Part shown: positions 60,361 through 64,000 of the stretch, piece by piece
Layout of the letters: every line of letters starts with the position of its first letter
Position numbering within the stretch: the stretch's first letter is position 1
NCBI GenBank assembly: GCA_963710755.1
Contig: CAVQBK010000004.1
Coordinates: forward strand, 128,001-192,000
Direction: 5' to 3'
DNA: 64,000 nt
Origin: an uncultured bacterium
GTDB taxonomy: Bacteria > Oederibacteriota > JAAXVQ01 > JAUVAV01
Notes under the pieces: generated by a model
Told to the model about the DNA's origin: nothing
What the model saw: the letters and a program-made list of their open reading frames with translations, nothing else
Databases searched by the model: none
Position numbers and translations under genes: made by a program

Positions 60361-60394
60361 TTTGTTAACCTGAATTGGTTAATGGGTTGACGAT
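60361..60394. promoter_or_regulatory. BirA-type biotin operator
   Basis: TTTGTTAAC-16 nt-GTTGACGAT, close to the wwTGTtAAC-N15/16-GTTaACAww BirA consensus, 16 bp upstream of bioB. Confidence 0.75.
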
Positions 60395-60698
60395 TATATT
60401 ACCTGATTGGCAGGCAATGGCAAGTCAAAAATACAAGATTCGCCACCAGGAACTCCTGCGTCATGTTAGGTCCGTGACGGAGGAGTTCCCAAGTCTTTGA
60501 GCATGAATGAAATGAAATATAGTCAAATTCGCGCAAGCTTTTTAGAATCACGAGTTAAAGCCTAATCGCCAGCAAGACACCGGGATTTATCCGGGAAAGA
60601 TCATTAATCATTTTTTGATTTTTCCTTGTTTAGTAGGCCTTTGGGCCATGGTGTTGCTGGTGCCTGTATTTCGGGTGGTAAATCTTTTATTTTTATTA

Positions 60699-60728
60699 TT
60701 GACGGGTTAATTTTTCCTGTTGTATCAT
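60699..60728 (+). promoter_or_regulatory. Putative sigma70 promoter for hppA
   Basis: TTGACG-18-TATCAT after a T-rich tract. Confidence 0.45.
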
Positions 60729-60898
60729 TCTGCGCGATTGATTTTTTTCAACCAGCACTTTTCCAAACGGGCTTGCCTAACACGGGGACATTTTCCAATT
60801 AAAAATTCAACCTGGTAGTGCGCTTGAAAGAGGCTGAAATCCATATACCTGTTACCTAGCAAAACCTGTCCGGGGGACAAAAAACACGAGGAGGAAAA

Positions 60899-62998
60899 AT
60901 GAATCTGGAAATGATGATTTACTTGGTGCCTGTAGCGGGCATTCTTGCATTGGCTTATGCTTACTTTAAGACTTTGCAAATCAACAAAGCCGACAGCGGC
61001 ACAGATAAGATGAGGGTGATTGGCGGGCATATTCGGGAAGGCGCCATGGCCTTTTTGGCCCGTGAATATAAAGTATTGGCCGTCTTTGTGGCGGCCGTGG
61101 CGCTCCTGCTGGCCTTCGGTAATGCCCATATGCAAGATTCCAGCTGGATGGTGGGTTTGTCCTTTATGGTCGGTGCCATTTGCTCTGGCTTAGCCGGATT
61201 TTTCGGGATGCGGGTGGCCACCTCGGCCAATTATCGCACCACTGCCGCCGCCCGCACCAGCCTGAATGCGGCCCTGAACATTGCCTTTGGCGGCGGGTCG
61301 GTCATGGGCATGAGCGTGGTGGGTTTGGCCACTTTGGGTCTGGGATTGTTGCTCATCCTTTACACCAATCTCTGGAATTTCACGGGCAATGAAACGGCCA
61401 TCGTCATTAATACTTTAGCGGGCTTCTCCTTGGGTGCCAGCTCCATTGCCTTGTTCGCGCGCGTGGGCGGCGGCATCTATACCAAGGCTGCCGATGTGGG
61501 CGCTGATTTGGTGGGCAAGGTCGAAGCCGGCATTCCGGAAGATGACCCCCGCAACCCGGCCACCATTGCCGATAATGTGGGCGACAATGTGGGTGACGTA
61601 GCCGGCATGGGCGCGGACCTCTTTGAATCCTATGTGGGCTCTATCGTCGGGGCGATGGTGTTGGGCGCAGTGCTGGTACCGGCTATCGCGGCCGTTAATC
61701 CGGCCATGAAGTTCAATGCAATTATGCTGCCCTTTGTAGTGGCGGCCGCCGGGATCGTACTATCTATTATTGGGACCTTTTTTGTCCGCACCAAGGAAGG
61801 GGGTAATCCCCAGACCGCTCTGAATTTGGGAACCTTCCTGACGGCAGGCTTAATGACCATCCTGACCATCTTTTTAATCAAGGTCATGCTGCCCTCCCAA
61901 TTCGCTATGGACGGCAAGACCTACCACTGGTGGGGCATTGCCCTGGCCACGGTTATTGGTTTGGTCGCAGGCTTGCTCATTGCCGGGGTAACGGAATACT
62001 ACACCGCAGAGAACCGCAAACCATCCCAGAGCATTGCCGAAGCCTCGCTGACCGGCAGTGCCACCAATATCATTAAAGGCCTTGCCATTGGCATGCAGTC
62101 TACCGCCTGGCCGCTGTTGGTGATTGCCATTGCCATTATCATTGCTTATCAATTCGCCGGGCTTTATGGCATTGCCATCGGCGCTTTGGGCATGCTTTCC
62201 ACCACAGGGATTCAGCTGGCCGTGGATGCCTACGGACCTATTGCCGACAATGCCGGTGGCATTGCCGAGATGAGCGGGTTGCCCAAGGAAGTACGCCAGC
62301 GCACGGACCGGTTGGACGCTGTCGGCAATACCACTGCGGCTATTGGCAAAGGCTTTGCCATTGGCTCGGCCGCGCTGACGGCTTTGGCCTTGTTCTCCGC
62401 TTTTCGCTCCCAAGTGGGCCTGACGACGATTGATATTTCCGATCCCGTGGTTATGGCCGGCTTGTTTGTGGGTGGTATGTTGCCTTTTCTTTTCTCCTCT
62501 TTTGCCATGAATGCTGTAGGTCGTGCGGCTCAGGCCATGATCGCTGAAGTGCGCCGTCAATTTAAGGAAATTCCCGGTCTGATGGAAGGTAAGACTCCGG
62601 CGGAATATGCCAAGTGCGTGGACATTTCTACTACCGCCGCTATTCACGAAATGATCGTTCCCGGCTTGATGGCCATCCTTACGCCAGTGGCTGTGGGCTT
62701 CTTAAGCATTAAAGCTTTGGGTGGTCTCCTGGCCGGCGTAACCGTCAGTGGTGTGCTCATGGCCTTGTTTATGGCCAATGCCGGCGGTTCCTGGGATAAT
62801 GCCAAGAAACATATTGAAGGCGGCGCCCATGGCGGCAAGGGTTCGGATGCCCACAAAGCAGCTGTGGTGGGTGATACCGTAGGGGATCCTTTTAAGGACA
62901 CCGCCGGCCCGTCGCTGAATATTTTGATAAAATTGATGAGCGTGGTTTCCCTGGTGTTGGCGCCTATTTTTGTCAAATGGGGCAACCTGTTGTTCTAA
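60899..62998 (+). CDS. hppA: Membrane-bound ion-translocating pyrophosphatase (K+-dependent type, likely Na+-pumping)
   Basis: [51 protein letters not shown] (Ala) marks K+ dependence. Confidence 0.96.
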   Translation: MNLEMMIYLVPVAGILALAYAYFKTLQINKADSGTDKMRVIGGHIREGAMAFLAREYKVLAVFVAAVALLLAFGNAHMQDSSWMVGLSFMVGAICSGLAGFFGMRVATSANYRTTAAARTSLNAALNIAFGGGSVMGMSVVGLATLGLGLLLILYTNLWNFTGNETAIVINTLAGFSLGASSIALFARVGGGIYTKAADVGADLVGKVEAGIPEDDPRNPATIADNVGDNVGDVAGMGADLFESYVGSIVGAMVLGAVLVPAIAAVNPAMKFNAIMLPFVVAAAGIVLSIIGTFFVRTKEGGNPQTALNLGTFLTAGLMTILTIFLIKVMLPSQFAMDGKTYHWWGIALATVIGLVAGLLIAGVTEYYTAENRKPSQSIAEASLTGSATNIIKGLAIGMQSTAWPLLVIAIAIIIAYQFAGLYGIAIGALGMLSTTGIQLAVDAYGPIADNAGGIAEMSGLPKEVRQRTDRLDAVGNTTAAIGKGFAIGSAALTALALFSAFRSQVGLTTIDISDPVVMAGLFVGGMLPFLFSSFAMNAVGRAAQAMIAEVRRQFKEIPGLMEGKTPAEYAKCVDISTTAAIHEMIVPGLMAILTPVAVGFLSIKALGGLLAGVTVSGVLMALFMANAGGSWDNAKKHIEGGAHGGKGSDAHKAAVVGDTVGDPFKDTAGPSLNILIKLMSVVSLVLAPIFVKWGNLLF

Positions 62999-63014
62999 AT
63001 TAAGGTAGCAGGTA

Positions 63015-63050
63015 AAAGCGGTGCCGGGCAATACCGGCACCGCTTTTTTT
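63015..63050. terminator. Intrinsic terminator (likely bidirectional)
   Basis: AAAAGCGGTGCCGG-GCAATA-CCGGCACCGC-T7. Confidence 0.9.
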
Positions 63051-63082
63051 ATGTGCAATGCAAGCCGTCCTCGGGGCAAGGG

Positions 63083-63898
63083 TTATTTTTTACGATGGTG
63101 GTCGGAAGAATTCATGATAGGCATCACGTCCTGAACTGACGGATTGACCAGCAGAGCATGTAACTGTTCCGGTTGGTCGGTCGTAATCCAGTTGGCCCCT
63201 TGTTTCACCAGCATAGTGGCCGTTTGGGGACTGTTGACAGTCCAGACCGCCACTTTAATGCCAGCTTTAACCAGGCTATAAAAGAGCTTGTCCAGCACAT
63301 GAAACTGCTTGTCAAAGAGACGCAGCCAATGGCGGTTGAAAAAAACCGCACTGATACTGATTTGCTGGTGGGTGCTAAGGATATGACGGATGAATGCGTT
63401 TACTTCCTGACGGCTGCGGGGGCGCAAGTAACCATAGCTTTCATCGTAGAGCAAACCCAAGGCCAGGCTGGGCGAAAGGCTGCGCAGCCGTTTCAAGAAA
63501 CGGCCCTTGACGGTGCTGATAATAACATGATCCAACAAATGATAGCTGTCCAACAATGCAAACAGCAAATCCGCGTCCGCATCGGCCAGCCAATGGCCAT
63601 GATATTTTTGCACCTTGACGTCCAAGTGCAGCCTGAGGTCCGCGTCCGCTACCTGTTGGAAAACCTGCTCCAGAGTCAATACCTGGCCGTCCAATTGCGC
63701 AAAGGTCTGACGGCTTATTTTTTTTAAATGGAAAGTGTAATTGTGATGAGCCACCAGAATGCGGTCTGCAGTCATCCGTACATCGCATTCCATCATGACC
63801 TCACGATGGAGGCGATGAAAAGCAATGGCTTCCTCTATGCTGGCCTGGTCATTACAACGGTGGATGATCAAATGGAGTCGTTGGTCATAAACATTCAT
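63083..63898 (-). CDS. Glycerophosphodiester phosphodiesterase family protein
   Basis: IHR, ECDVRMTAD..LV.HH, TLEQVF, LDVK, VAVWTVN, G..WITTD.P. Confidence 0.82.
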   Translation of the reverse strand: MNVYDQRLHLIIHRCNDQASIEEAIAFHRLHREVMMECDVRMTADRILVAHHNYTFHLKKISRQTFAQLDGQVLTLEQVFQQVADADLRLHLDVKVQKYHGHWLADADADLLFALLDSYHLLDHVIISTVKGRFLKRLRSLSPSLALGLLYDESYGYLRPRSRQEVNAFIRHILSTHQQISISAVFFNRHWLRLFDKQFHVLDKLFYSLVKAGIKVAVWTVNSPQTATMLVKQGANWITTDQPEQLHALLVNPSVQDVMPIMNSSDHHRKK

Positions 63899-64000
63899 GG
63901 TGGTTCCTTTACAGCACCATTAAGGATCTTTGGCCGTCCAGAATACCAGTACGGTCGGCCTTCACTTATTATTATAACCTCAGGTTGAGAACAAACCCAA

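Overview
Chromosomal segment (about 50% GC) of a diderm, probably anaerobic bacterium. It combines outer-membrane barrels and OmpA with a Firmicute-type LexA box, ComFB and YqeK. The Thr/Pro-stalk, FlgD-Ig surface proteins suggest an uncultured candidate lineage such as FCPU426/Goldbacteria/Firestonebacteria; this is inference only. Housekeeping content: dnaE 3' end, comM, parA-parB-M23-bactofilin-gltX, tRNA-Gln(CTG), tRNA-Glu(CTC), lexA with a perfect CGAAC-N4-GTTCG box, a sugar ABC transporter, yqeK, an ADP-ribosylglycohydrolase, a bioB-A-F-G-C-D operon with a BirA-type operator, hppA and a GDPD-family gene. Two features stand out. (1) A divergent locus at 30.4-47.3 kb has two secreted proteins with T9SS-like C-terminal sorting domains, one of them ~3150 aa with a ~1440-residue TxT/Pro stalk. 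Each is translationally coupled (TAATG) to its own PorV-like barrel (one with TPRs, one with Ig repeats and OmpA), around a MerR-ComFB pair. (2) An apparent ~8.8 kb giant gene at 18.6-27.4 kb has an N-terminal TIKI/TraB/ChaN-like domain, a divergent glycogen-synthase-like GT-B module and a helical C-terminus; its middle is broken by many frameshifts. Also present are a 13x 42-bp tandem array, dispersed REP-like palindromes, a permease with a ~320-aa disordered N-terminus and an unannotated 54-aa membrane protein. All family calls come from motif recognition by eye; no searches were run.
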